64,000 bases of DNA from a bacterium (GCA_037133395.1 JBAXOG010000002.1:26180-90179); one strand, 5' to 3'; positions 37,801 to 47,392 are shown, counted from the first letter of the stretch. Numbers and translations: made by a program. Notes: generated from the sequence alone by a model not told the origin.

Positions 37801-38445
37801 AAACGTTTTCGTTGCTGATGCACTGTGCGTACTGCCGATAACAAGATTCCCGGTGATAGATACCGTGCTCACGCCGCCTGTCTGGTTGAACGTGGCATCA
37901 GCAACGCCGGTATTAGCTTGTGAGAAAAACCCGACCTGAAGCTTGCCCGTAATCGTTACCGTGCCACCGCTCAGGTTCCATGCATCAGATTGACCGCTGC
38001 CCGTGTAATTGCAGCCCAAGGTGGCATCCGAGCCGACACTGACCGCGCCGCCGCTTTGGTTGAACGTCCCACCCCGGCTTTCGCCGACGTTAAAGACGGT
38101 GTTCAACGTCAGCGAACCGCCGGTCATATTCAAAGTCCCCGGCAGGGTGTTGTTGCCGCCAATGCTGGAATGGCCGATGCCGCAGGCATTGATCGTATAG
38201 GAGTCGCCTGCCTGCAGCGTGACGGTGTAGCCACGGGCTACGTAAGCGTAGTCGTTGGGCGTGCTGGGAGGCGTCGTGCCTCCATTGGCAGTCCAGGTCG
38301 TAGCTTTATTCCAGAGGTCGTTGGCATTCGAATAGGGATAAGCCGCGCCTACCGCCTCCGCATGCCACATCGCTGTCGCCAGACCTACGAGCAGTGTCAA
38401 AGTCCTGACGCTATGTTTAATTGCGTTTTGCCTGTTTCTGTTCAT
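34885..38445 (-). CDS. Large secreted beta-helix/autotransporter-repeat protein with Ig-like and YDG-like domains; no beta-barrel; ends KAQGTMIKFF
   Basis: Signal peptide; GLTKLGGGTLTLSGTSTYNGATVISNGTL, LNKTGAGKLTLTGANTHSGG, KTGPGTLIL, KTGTGFMAL repeats; NKFYDG YDG-like segment. Confidence 0.82.
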   Translation of the reverse strand: MNRNRQNAIKHSVRTLTLLVGLATAMWHAEAVGAAYPYSNANDLWNKATTWTANGGTTPPSTPNDYAYVARGYTVTLQAGDSYTINACGIGHSSIGGNNTLPGTLNMTGGSLTLNTVFNVGESRGGTFNQSGGAVSVGSDATLGCNYTGSGQSDAWNLSGGTVTITGKLQVGFFSQANTGVADATFNQTGGVSTVSITGNLVIGSTHSASATKTFAYNLGSGGTLTVGGIVTNNTYGTNNLTFNGGTLKAGNTQANFMSRLTHAYVSTNGAVLDSNGKNIGISQVLEHAGPGTDGGLTKLGGGTLTLSGTSTYNGATVISNGTLTIASSGSISNSARIAIAAGATNDVSAFSTYTLSTNTILRASGTAAAPAVLKGGTTVSLGSQAVTLDFTPATYSGDTASPALTVSQGSLTLNGVITVNILSIARLGAGTYRLISQTSGSIAGTPMRGATTNLLLNNSGVVSGGTARIEVSGGQVNLIVAAAAIPSTVAVTRHLGTAENTTYGDSLSFDIAVTPNSPTVPTGLVFFLKDGGAAGTVLGSHTLVTGENGICTITPALNALTAGSHANIVAVYAGDNNFADSVSAALSTQTVVRIALTINGAATSNKFYDGTAIAPLTGTLSSGVLSGDTVTLTLSAQFADAMPGTGKDVTSTSTLDNPNYSLTQPAGLKADIVAAAVWTSLASGNWSTAANWQNNAIGYGIGSTNDFSTLDITTDTSVHLDSPRTVGHLRFNDTDAVGTAAGWTLDNNGFSTNVLTLGVYSGSATIDVGALGADKSVTISAVVAGSSPLNKTGAGKLTLTGANTHSGGMTISTGTVQLGDGTTGHDGSLASGITNNAALVYNLYGSQTASYGVSGAGGSITKTGPGTLILNGTHTYTGTYVVNGGVLNPATGNYASRLASGSSLVVNNGGRVEENRINSLMGGNNVAVTINAGGVMAITASVCSGLCGPLTLAGGTLSASGYLDAVNGSWSFAQNVAVTGGVNTSVISAPYVALLKAGGVTFNVAPGATNGIDLLVSGFFSGSRELIKTGTGFMALNGVNLYTNNTTVSAGMLGGTGVVTGLVSVAAQGVICGGVPSAPGTLKVAALTLAPGATLACTGNAVTQSLVAVTGALSLPTAATVQLTFQPGAVQPKIITLCTFASCSATASDLAGWTRLGDAPGKYYLELQPNALVLRKAQGTMIKFF

Positions 38446-38460
38446 TCCTGATTCCTTCTT

Positions 38461-39567
38461 TTACCCGGTTATCCGGGTTTTTACCTGAGATTTCCGTAAC
38501 GTACTCACGTTCATCGCACACGTGCTTTCCCTGACAACAGGGATCGGCTCATAAATCGTATCCGACACCTCTTTTTTGTCCATCAACTCAAAGATCATCC
38601 GCGCCGCAGTCGCGCCGATTTCCGAAAGCGGCTGCCCCAGCGTAGTCAAAGGCGGGTTGCACATCTCCGACATGTTGGCGTTGTCATACCCGACGACAGA
38701 AAAATCCTTGGGCACGCGCACCCCTGCAGCCGCCAACTGGTTCATGACGCCGATTGCGACATAGTCACAGAAACACGTCGCCGCCGTGAACCCGCCGTGA
38801 CGCAGTTGGTCAACCGCAGGCTTGACGAGGCGGGTGTAGTCGAGTCCCACCATGGTTTGGGCATCATAATCGATCACCTGTGGCATCAATCCCGCTTCGC
38901 ACATGGCCCGCTCATAGCCCTGTGCGCGCTGCAAAGCATCGGCGTGCGTACCGGGCAATTCGCGGTCCAGGTACGCGCTGTGCGTCACGTGGGCAATCCG
39001 CGTATGCCCCAACTCCAGCAGATGTTGTGTGGCCAGATATCCCGCCCTGTCTTCATCAGTCATGACCACCGGCACGTCCGGATAAATGCGGCGATAGAGT
39101 TGCACGACGGGAACACCCTTTTTGCGGAGATCCGCCACGCGCTTGTGATTGGCTCCGTCCGGCGCTTCCGGCGCGCCCGCGATGATGAGTCCGTCCACCC
39201 GCCGATCCAGCGCGAAATCAAGATGCCGGGACTGGTCATCAGCCCAGCTCCCGTCATAATAGGTCAGCAGCGAATAGTCGCGGTCGCGCAATACCGTCTC
39301 GATGCCCTTGATCGTGTCCAGCGCGAAGACGAAATACGACTCGCGTCCTAGCAGGGCGATGAGATGGGACTTCTTCATCGACAGGCTGCGACCCAAAGGA
39401 TTCGGGCTGTATCCTAGTTTCGCCGCGATTTTCAGTACGCGCTTGCGCGTCTCTTCGCTCACGCCGATCTTGCCCTTACGCCCAGAGAACGCTACAGAAA
39501 CAGCAGCATTGGAAACACCCGCCTGCCGCGCGATTTCAGCCATATCCACTTCTTTTCCAAATTTCAT
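38461..39567 (-). CDS. LacI-family transcriptional regulator
   Basis: MAEIARQAGVSNAAVS HTH; LGYSPN..RSL; DFSVVGYDN; PPLTTLGQP. Confidence 0.95.
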   Translation of the reverse strand: MKFGKEVDMAEIARQAGVSNAAVSVAFSGRKGKIGVSEETRKRVLKIAAKLGYSPNPLGRSLSMKKSHLIALLGRESYFVFALDTIKGIETVLRDRDYSLLTYYDGSWADDQSRHLDFALDRRVDGLIIAGAPEAPDGANHKRVADLRKKGVPVVQLYRRIYPDVPVVMTDEDRAGYLATQHLLELGHTRIAHVTHSAYLDRELPGTHADALQRAQGYERAMCEAGLMPQVIDYDAQTMVGLDYTRLVKPAVDQLRHGGFTAATCFCDYVAIGVMNQLAAAGVRVPKDFSVVGYDNANMSEMCNPPLTTLGQPLSEIGATAARMIFELMDKKEVSDTIYEPIPVVRESTCAMNVSTLRKSQVKTRITG

Positions 39568-39580
39568 AATGGCACCAAAT

Positions 39581-39630
39581 TATATTAATCGGTTAATATA
39601 GTCAAACCAAAATATTAACCGATTAATATT
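39581..39630. promoter_or_regulatory. Pair of LacI-type operators in inverted orientation, 30 bp apart
   Basis: tatattaatcggttaatata at 39581-39600 and aatattaaccgattaatatt at 39611-39630; central CG; between the divergent lacI-family and MFS genes. Confidence 0.85.
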
Positions 39631-39710
39631 TTTTTTACTCTTCACGGTTTGACCTTGTCAAATCCCGGCGGTGTCGTCATACTTACCGAACAACTTCCGA
39701 GGGCTCTGAA

Positions 39711-40970
39711 ATGGATCCTGACACTCCCAACAGCGAACCCGCGCGCAGTCTTCGCCTCTCCATTGTCGAGGGCGCGTTCTATTCAGCGCACGTCGCCATC
39801 GTCAACGGCGCGCTGCTGACTGGGTATGCCCTCTTGCTGGGGGCGAATGACTTTCAGCTCGGCCTGCTGACCGGCATGGGGACGCTGGCCACGCTCGGCA
39901 GCGTTGTGGGTGCTCGGCAACTTGGCCGCCGGGGACGCCGCAAGCCGATGATGCTGGAGGCGCTGACGCTCAGCCGCGCGATTTGGCTCACACTCTGCCT
40001 GCTGCCGTTCCTTCCCCTACCCGCAGACTCGCGCATCGCCCTGCTTCTCGCCGTCGTTCTGGTCGCCGCCACAGCGGCGCAATATGCGGACACGGGCTGG
40101 ATGTCCTGGATGACAGACCTCGTCCCGCCCCCGATCCGGGGACGTTACTTCAGTTGGCGCAGTTCCATTCTCGGGGCCGTCGGCATGCTGTCCGGCTGCG
40201 GCGCGGGGTGGGCATACGACCGGCTGAAACTGACAGCCGGTGCGGAGCGCGCCTTTCTCCCCATTTTGCTCTTCTCTTTAACCTGTGCCGCACTTTCGAC
40301 CGTCATCTTCGCCCGCCTGTGGGAGCCGCCGCTGCACGGGGAGCGCCCCTTGACGCTGCGTCACGCGTTGCGCCTGCCGCTGCTTCACGGGCCGTTCAGA
40401 CAACTGCTGATTGTCTGCGGACTCTGGGCGCTGGCCACAGGAGTTGCCGCGCCTTTCTTCCAGCCGCAGATGATTAAAAACCTTCACATGTCTTATGCCG
40501 CCATCGGCCTGTATGCCGCCGTAGCTGGAGTCGTAACCCTCGCGGCACAGCCGCTCTGGGGTCACCTCATTGACCGCATCGGCAACCGTCCGGTTCTGAT
40601 GATGAACATCATCGGCGTGACGGGCTTGCCCTTTCTTTGGCTACTAGCGCGGCCGGACTTCCTTCTGCCAATCTGGATCGATGCCATTCTCACCGGGATC
40701 TTCTGGCCGGGCATTCTCCTGACCACCTTCAACTTGGTCATGCACACCGCACCGCAAGAAAACCGATCCGCCTATCTCGCCGCCTACCGGCTGGTGACGG
40801 GGCTTATCGCCTTTGCCGGAGCGCTGCTCGGCGGCGGAATCGCCTACCTCCTGCGCGACTTCACCCTACACGTCGCCGGCCTGTGCCTAGTGAACTTCCA
40901 CATCCTCTTCATACTGTCCTGCATCGGACGCCTCACGATCTGGCCGTTTGTGCGGAAATTACGAGAATAA
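39711..40970 (+). CDS. MFS transporter
   Basis: About 12 TM helices; WGHLIDRIGNRPVL MFS loop motif; WMSWMTDLVP..RGRYF. Confidence 0.9.
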   Translation: MDPDTPNSEPARSLRLSIVEGAFYSAHVAIVNGALLTGYALLLGANDFQLGLLTGMGTLATLGSVVGARQLGRRGRRKPMMLEALTLSRAIWLTLCLLPFLPLPADSRIALLLAVVLVAATAAQYADTGWMSWMTDLVPPPIRGRYFSWRSSILGAVGMLSGCGAGWAYDRLKLTAGAERAFLPILLFSLTCAALSTVIFARLWEPPLHGERPLTLRHALRLPLLHGPFRQLLIVCGLWALATGVAAPFFQPQMIKNLHMSYAAIGLYAAVAGVVTLAAQPLWGHLIDRIGNRPVLMMNIIGVTGLPFLWLLARPDFLLPIWIDAILTGIFWPGILLTTFNLVMHTAPQENRSAYLAAYRLVTGLIAFAGALLGGGIAYLLRDFTLHVAGLCLVNFHILFILSCIGRLTIWPFVRKLRE

Positions 40971-40987
40971 GGGACAGACATGGTATG

Positions 40988-41034
40988 CATAAGGTGTGGC
41001 AGTCATTCCTGTCTGCCCTTGATTGCACAGACAG
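40988..41034 (-). repeat. Inverted copy of the GGCAGACA hairpin repeat
   Basis: Reverse complement reads ctgtctgtgcaatcaagggcagacaggaatgactgccacaccttatg. Confidence 0.88.
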
Positions 41035-41104
41035 AGATCGCCGTATTCAGCAGAGCCCGTGCTTGAAACGAGAGCGAAGCGTCAATGCCTGCGCCACCAT
41101 GCAC

Positions 41105-41881
41105 CTATCGGCGCATGGTCATGGAGAAGACATACTGGTCGTAGCGATAGACACCGCGGACAAACTCAATCGGCTGTGCGGAACTACGCTGATAGGTCAA
41201 GCGTTCAATAATCAAGACTGTCTCATCGACGGGGATGTTCAGCATCTTCGCCTCATCAGCAGTTGCCTTGCCTGCACGAATGGACTCTACACCGTGGCTG
41301 ATGTGAATGCCATACTTGTTCTCAAGAATCTGATAGAGCGAATGTGAAAAGTCCTCTTCCTCCGAAATACCCAGGCTTTCCGGCAATTCCGAAGTCAGAT
41401 ACACCAGCGGAAAACACTGGTTATGTCCGCGCAAACGTCTCAGGAGCAATGTGCGCTCACCTTTCTTCAACCCAAGCTGTTTGGCAAGCATCGAGGCTGG
41501 CTGATGATATTTCACATCGATGATTTCCGTAAGCGCCGTCTTTCCCTTGATTTGCAACTCTTCCGTGAAACTCTTCATACGGCCAAGATCTTCGGTCAGA
41601 GGCGTGCCAATCACGCGGGTCCCCAGCGCAGCACGACGTTCAATGATGCCTTTGTTGATCAGACTGTCATACGCTTTGCGCACCGTCGCCCGGCTCAAGC
41701 CAAAGCGTTCGACCAATTCGAGCTCGCCCGGCAAGAGACTGCCAATCGTACACCGCTGACGAATGCGATCATGCAATGCATTTTCGAGTTGCTTCCACAA
41801 GGGGGCTTCCGACAGAATTGAAAAGTCCAATGCTTCGCCAGGTTTGAAAAGAACGACTGGTTTTTCTCGTGTCCGTGCCAT
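41105..41881 (-). CDS. GntR-family (HutC/UTRA) transcriptional regulator
   Basis: LPGELELVERFGLSRATVRKA wHTH; UTRA HSLYQILE..YGI, IEFVRGVYRYD. Confidence 0.95.
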   Translation of the reverse strand: MARTREKPVVLFKPGEALDFSILSEAPLWKQLENALHDRIRQRCTIGSLLPGELELVERFGLSRATVRKAYDSLINKGIIERRAALGTRVIGTPLTEDLGRMKSFTEELQIKGKTALTEIIDVKYHQPASMLAKQLGLKKGERTLLLRRLRGHNQCFPLVYLTSELPESLGISEEEDFSHSLYQILENKYGIHISHGVESIRAGKATADEAKMLNIPVDETVLIIERLTYQRSSAQPIEFVRGVYRYDQYVFSMTMRR

Positions 41882-41890
41882 ACTGTTTTC

Positions 41891-43363
41891 CTACTCTTTC
41901 CGGCGCACTGGCGCCTTACGATACGATGATTCCTTGGGCCAAGTCTTGGGATCGGCATACACGTTTTCTGTATCCTTCAATTCCTTCTGCAATTTGGCAA
42001 GTTCCTTCTTCAACTCCGCAACAATGGACTGCGTTTCCGGCTTGTCGTAGATATTGATAAGTTCCGCCGGATCTTTCACCAAGTCATAACATTCCCATTG
42101 ATCCTTGCCATCAAAGTAAATAAGCTTATATGTGGCGGTACGCACGCCATAGTGACGAGCTGTATTATGGTCGCCCGGCGAGTGGTAGTAACGGTAGTAC
42201 ATGCTTGTACGCCACTGAGCAGGCGTTGTCCCGTCGAACAAGGGCGTGAGGCTGACGCCCTGCATCTCTTCAGGAACTTTTTCCCCGGCCAGCATCAAGA
42301 ACGTCGGGGCAAAATCGCAATTCACGCAGATTGCATCTTGAACCAATCCGGGCCTAATCCCTTTACCCCAGCGTACCAGGAAGGGCATTTTGATGCTCTC
42401 TTCATACATAAACCGCTTGTCATACATTCCATGGTCGCCGAGGAAGAACCCTTGGTCGCTGGTATAAATAACCACGGTATCATCAAGGATGCCTTCCTGC
42501 TCAAGAGCCTTTAGGACTTCACCCATGCTCTCATCAATGCTTTCGATGCAGGCTAGGTAGTCCTGCATGTAACGCTGATAACACCAACGTGTGCGCGCAT
42601 CACCTGTCAAACCCTCGGGGTACGGATCCTTTACATCACGTTTGTGCAGGTCACGTGCAATGCTCTGCTTCTGTTCACGGATGGCATCGCTTCGCCCGGT
42701 ATAGGTGTCAAAGAGCGTACCGGGTTCGGGTATCGTCTTGGCGCGCCATTTCTTGGCGAGCCGCTCATTCGGATCCCAGGGACGATGTGGCGCCTTATGA
42801 TGCATCATCATGAAGAAGGGCTTGTCTTTCGGACGGGCCTTGATGTCAGCGATCACTAACCTCGTCACCACCTCCGTCGCATACTCCCCTTGATATTTTT
42901 TAGAGCCGTCCTTTGTGTAAAGGACCGGATCATGGTATTCTCCCTGTCCCGGGAAGACCTCCCAGTGGTCAAAGCCCTGCGGATCAGTCCCCAGATGCCA
43001 CTTGCCGATCATCGACGTATAATAGCCAGCCTTCTGCATCCGATGCGCAACTGTAACCTTGTTCGTGTCGATCGAATTGAAAACCGGCACCCCATTAATA
43101 TGACTGTATTGCCCAGTCAAGATAGTCGCACGACTCGGTGTGCAGATCGAGTTGGCTGCAAAGACATGATTAAATTTGATGCCCTCTTTTGCCAGCCGGT
43201 CAAGATTGGGTGTCTGGATCAGTTTACCACTGTAAGCACTGATGGCATGAGCGGCATGGTCATCCGACATCACATATAAAATATTTGGTCGTTGCGGAGC
43301 TGCCATAGCGATCACCGAAACGCAACTCCATGCAACCGACCATAATCCGCGATACAACTCCAT
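41891..43363 (-). CDS. Cys-type sulfatase (DUF4976-type C-terminus)
   Basis: RPNILYVMSDDH, SICTPSRATILTG, GKWHLG, YTSDQG, DKRFMYEES. Confidence 0.95.
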   Translation of the reverse strand: MELYRGLWSVAWSCVSVIAMAAPQRPNILYVMSDDHAAHAISAYSGKLIQTPNLDRLAKEGIKFNHVFAANSICTPSRATILTGQYSHINGVPVFNSIDTNKVTVAHRMQKAGYYTSMIGKWHLGTDPQGFDHWEVFPGQGEYHDPVLYTKDGSKKYQGEYATEVVTRLVIADIKARPKDKPFFMMMHHKAPHRPWDPNERLAKKWRAKTIPEPGTLFDTYTGRSDAIREQKQSIARDLHKRDVKDPYPEGLTGDARTRWCYQRYMQDYLACIESIDESMGEVLKALEQEGILDDTVVIYTSDQGFFLGDHGMYDKRFMYEESIKMPFLVRWGKGIRPGLVQDAICVNCDFAPTFLMLAGEKVPEEMQGVSLTPLFDGTTPAQWRTSMYYRYYHSPGDHNTARHYGVRTATYKLIYFDGKDQWECYDLVKDPAELINIYDKPETQSIVAELKKELAKLQKELKDTENVYADPKTWPKESSYRKAPVRRKE

Positions 43364-43549
43364 ATTATAATCCTTTTTTTGACCCAAAGAATGACCAAAT
43401 GGTATCACATCTCATGAATAAAAGTGAATGTCCATTTTTAATCACGGCTTTTTCTTTTAGCTTCGACTTAAAATCCCGGCACAAATCGAATATTGCAAGA
43501 GCATACAGCCCCTGTTTTTAACTTTTAATTTAAGAAATTACCCCTTCGT

Positions 43550-44488
43550 TTATTTCCAACGATCGCCTTGAAGGGTTGTAGCTGGTACCGCAAAGACTGT
43601 TCCATGCCGAATACCTTTGGGCAACGACACGGCAACAGGCTTGAAGGTCTTGAAATCTGTTGTCTCCACCGCCCCATAGCCACCCTTGTTGTATTGGTCA
43701 TAATAGACAAGCCAGTGGTCGCCAACATGGATAACAGAAGGGCCTTCAGCCCAAGCTTCTTTGTTATTCGTAAAGGGCGTTTCAGCCTTTGCCCATGGAC
43801 CGTCAAAGCCTCTTTCGGACCAGACCACGCACAGATTTTTCGCTACCACAGGCGCGCGCGTTTCATCCTTCACAACCAGTCCATACTTGCCTTCCTTCTT
43901 GAAGAGGAAGGCATCAATCACATTGAATCCTCCATTATAAAAAAGACGTTTAGGGGACCAGTTCACAAAATCCTTTGATGTCGCCACATAGATACGGTGG
44001 TTATGTCCGCCATCTGCAGCGACCTGTGTCTCAGGAAAGAGACCTTCAATGGTTGTGGACCAGATCACCACATACTGCTGCGAAGCATCGTCATAGAAAA
44101 TTTCCGGAGCCCAGGTATTCCGGGCTTTGGGCTCATCGCGATTGACCTCTACATACGCCTGTTCGGACCAGTCGAGCAGATTCGTTGAGGATGCCGCGCC
44201 AAACCCTTTGTCCTTCCACGAGGAGGTCCAAACCATGCGATAAACGCCGCCAGGACCGCGACAGATGCTCGGATCGCGCGTCAACTTCCCGCCGACCTTC
44301 GGCTCCATGACAGGCTTGCCGCCATTGACCTCGCGCCAGTTCAACGCATCCTCACTCACCGCTAAATAGACGCCCTTTTCTCCGTTGCTACGAAAAAAAC
44401 TGAACACATATTGCTGTGGTGCAACCTCCGCACAAAATCCATATAGTGCACACCCAACGACCATGCTCATCAATAAACCTTGTTTCAT
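43550..44488 (-). CDS. GH43-like five-bladed beta-propeller glycosidase
   Basis: Signal peptide; TRDPSI, TWAPE, NVIDA, WAEGPS. Confidence 0.85.
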   Translation of the reverse strand: MKQGLLMSMVVGCALYGFCAEVAPQQYVFSFFRSNGEKGVYLAVSEDALNWREVNGGKPVMEPKVGGKLTRDPSICRGPGGVYRMVWTSSWKDKGFGAASSTNLLDWSEQAYVEVNRDEPKARNTWAPEIFYDDASQQYVVIWSTTIEGLFPETQVAADGGHNHRIYVATSKDFVNWSPKRLFYNGGFNVIDAFLFKKEGKYGLVVKDETRAPVVAKNLCVVWSERGFDGPWAKAETPFTNNKEAWAEGPSVIHVGDHWLVYYDQYNKGGYGAVETTDFKTFKPVAVSLPKGIRHGTVFAVPATTLQGDRWK

Positions 44489-44721
44489 CTGATCTCCTTT
44501 TCATCCCGGAACCAAGCATCTTAATACATTTTTTTAAATGAAGATTACTATAGTCTAATTAGCTATTCGTGTCTATTACAGACTATTGTTTTTCGATTTC
44601 AAGGGAGAAAAATGTTCTTCACGCTTTGTCGGAAATGATACCGAAAAAAGGGTAATTTTTTGCTAAGCCATACAGTATTTTTTTAAAACAACCCGTAAGG
44701 GAATCTTTGTTGATACACTAT

Positions 44722-44753
44722 AAATTCTCACACATTATAATGTGTGAGAATTT
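44722..44753. promoter_or_regulatory. Perfect 32-bp palindrome in a divergent intergenic region
   Basis: aaattctcacacatta|taatgtgtgagaattt with no spacer. Confidence 0.7.
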
Positions 44754-45084
44754 TCTTTCTATATTATTGATAGATTTAGTCTCGTTCCGTTTTTTCACTT
44801 GTAACCTGTAGATGCCCTGTGTAAACTTTCATTTGATTGACAATTTAGTTTGCTTTTCAGTAGCGTCCCATAGGACGCAGGTTTTTAGGCTGTAGTCTAT
44901 TAGACTGTTAGGAAACTCCTGAATTTCAGTTGCGCCCGTGTTGAGTCAGTGTTGGAATTTAGGTTTAGTTTTCTTAGCGTTTCACATAATAGCCTATAGC
45001 CTAAACTGCTACAGCCTAGCCATCCCTATGGGAGGGCATAAAGCGCATTTTATATTGCCTAAATTAATAAGGGGGATCATTCGT

Positions 45085-47280
45085 ATGAGAAGTTTCTGCT
45101 TTCTGTCGTTACTTGTCGGTTCTGCGTTTGGGGCACAGGCGGTTCTTTATGTCAACCCACAAACTGGCAACGATACCGGCAAGGGAACGGCTTCAAAGCC
45201 GTTCGCATCACTTGAGAAAGCCCGCGACACAATACGCGCTATGAAGAAAGATGGAGCGATTCCGCAAAAAGCGTTGACCGTCGAACTGACCGGTACCTTT
45301 GTTATGACGACCAACACGTTCGCGTTAGACTTAAATGACAGTGGTGTAAATATGAATGCTCCCATTATTTACCGCGCTTCTAAAAAGGGCGCACGTCTCA
45401 TCGGTGGCTGTATCCTCCCGGAAAGTGGCTTTCGGACGGTGACCGACGCTGAAATACTGGCCCGCTTACCTGAACAGGCGCGCGGCCGAGTTGTCGCTTT
45501 CACCTTGAAATCGCTGGGGTTGCCCCGTCTTGCACCGTTACCTGACAAGTTCAACGGCTGGAGCGAGATGGAGGTCTTCAGCGGAGGTAAGGCGATGCGA
45601 CTCGCCCGCTGGCCTAACACTGGCTGGACAGAAATCGCTAAGGTAATTGATCGTGGGGTCAAGCCGATCGACAAAGCGACAGGGGAATGGGAGTTCGGTT
45701 ATAAAGGTGGAACGTTCGAGTATTCCGAAGATGCCCCCGCTCGCTGGAATGTCGAAAAGGGTGTCTGGATGAACGGGTTCTGGTGCCACGACTGGGCCAA
45801 CGAAACGCTCAAAATCGGGTCTATCGATAAAGAGAAGAAGCAGATCACAGCCGCCGCCATCCATACGTACGGCATCGGCAACTCGTCAAAGTGGCATACG
45901 GCCAAGCGTCGCTATTACGTGTTCAACCTGCTGGAAGAGCTCGACAGCCCCGGCGAATGGTACATCGACCGCGAAAACGAAATATTATACTTCTATCCGC
46001 CAGGCGGCGACTTGAGCGATGTCGTGCTTTCTGTCCAGAAAAAGCCACTCATCCAAATGAGCAAGGCCAGTAACATCAGGCTGGACGGACTGACGTTCAT
46101 GTATAGTACCGGCAAAGCGGTCTCAGTCGATGCCTGTGAAAGCGTTATGCTGGAAAATCTCCACGTGTCCAACCTCACGACCGCCGGCATCAGCATCAGC
46201 GGAGGAAAAAACTGCGGTCTGAATCGCTGCGAAGTTTCCGACGTTGGCGGCACCTGCGTGTCTGTATACGGAGGCGACCGCAAATCGCTAACCGCCAGCG
46301 GGCACTTCGTCACGAACTGCCGATTGCATCACAGTGGGCGGTTGCAGCGAACGCAGGGTCAATGCCTAAGCTTCAGTGGTGTTGGTATTTCTGTAGCGCA
46401 CAATCTGATTTATGACTCACCCTATATCGCAATCACTTATGGGGGCAATGATAACGTTTTCGAGTACAACGAGGTCCATTCCGCCATGATGGAAAGCGGC
46501 GACGGTGGTGGCATGTACACCGGACGCGACTGGGGCTCGCAGGGCAATATCGTCCGATACAACTATTTTCACCATTTCGGCAAGCCGGGCGTGGAATGGC
46601 AAAAGGCACAGGGGTTGAATCCCGATTATGAACCGCTGGGTGAAAACGTCATGGTTATGGGTGTCTATCTAGACGACTGTGACAGCGGCGATACCGTCAG
46701 TAACAACATTTTTTTCCGCACGGGGTGGTCGGCTTTCGTAGGAGGAGGCCGTTACAATACGATTAGGGACAACCTGTTCATCGATTGTACCTCCGCGCTA
46801 CACTTGGATGACCGCGGCCTGAAGCGTGCCCGTCCAGGCGAGGGAACCAAAGATGGCTGGGACCTGCTGGCAAATCTAAAGGCCTGTAACTGGCAAGAAT
46901 CCCCTTGGAAGGATAAGTACCCGCATCTCGTCAACATCATGCAGGACGAGCCCAAGCTACCGTTGCATAATGTCTTCAGCGGAAACGTAACAATCAACTG
47001 TCCGCGTTTCTTGCAGATTCATGGAACCTTGAAAATTACCACGCTGCCACGTCTGGATTTCCACGACAATGTCGCGTTTGGTCAAGTGAACGCTGCCGAT
47101 GCCGAGACCTTCCCTCAAACAGAGGCGGGTAAGAAACGTGTCACGTTCCGATCAGAAACACTGATGGATAACACCAGACCCGATCTAAACGATTTTAAAG
47201 TTCAGGATAGCGCCGACATCAAACGCCTGGCACCGTGGTTTAAACGTATCCCAATCGAAAAGATCGGGTTGGCAAAGTAG
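45085..47280 (+). CDS. Secreted right-handed parallel beta-helix protein (pectin-lyase fold, GH141-like architecture)
   Basis: Signal peptide MRSFCFLSLL; LYVNPQTGNDTGKGT..PFASLEKARD; ELDSPGEWY; repeated beta-helix turns; YLDD. Confidence 0.85.
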   Translation: MRSFCFLSLLVGSAFGAQAVLYVNPQTGNDTGKGTASKPFASLEKARDTIRAMKKDGAIPQKALTVELTGTFVMTTNTFALDLNDSGVNMNAPIIYRASKKGARLIGGCILPESGFRTVTDAEILARLPEQARGRVVAFTLKSLGLPRLAPLPDKFNGWSEMEVFSGGKAMRLARWPNTGWTEIAKVIDRGVKPIDKATGEWEFGYKGGTFEYSEDAPARWNVEKGVWMNGFWCHDWANETLKIGSIDKEKKQITAAAIHTYGIGNSSKWHTAKRRYYVFNLLEELDSPGEWYIDRENEILYFYPPGGDLSDVVLSVQKKPLIQMSKASNIRLDGLTFMYSTGKAVSVDACESVMLENLHVSNLTTAGISISGGKNCGLNRCEVSDVGGTCVSVYGGDRKSLTASGHFVTNCRLHHSGRLQRTQGQCLSFSGVGISVAHNLIYDSPYIAITYGGNDNVFEYNEVHSAMMESGDGGGMYTGRDWGSQGNIVRYNYFHHFGKPGVEWQKAQGLNPDYEPLGENVMVMGVYLDDCDSGDTVSNNIFFRTGWSAFVGGGRYNTIRDNLFIDCTSALHLDDRGLKRARPGEGTKDGWDLLANLKACNWQESPWKDKYPHLVNIMQDEPKLPLHNVFSGNVTINCPRFLQIHGTLKITTLPRLDFHDNVAFGQVNAADAETFPQTEAGKKRVTFRSETLMDNTRPDLNDFKVQDSADIKRLAPWFKRIPIEKIGLAK

Positions 47281-47392
47281 GTCGTTCATCATCAAAACAC
47301 ACCCAATCTGCTCGTTTTTTCGTTTGCATGAGGGAAAGCCTTGGAGTAACATTAAACCATCGTTTTAAGTAAACTTAACACAGGTATATTCC

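Larger units (their letters stand above)
28991..41104. mobile_element. Putative acquired 12-kb carbohydrate-utilisation island inserted at the GntR 3' end; no integrase seen
   Basis: Bounded by direct copies of the GntR 3' end. 60-nt spot counts give 65% and 73% GC inside versus 47-48% in the flanking RR and GntR genes. Confidence 0.55.
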
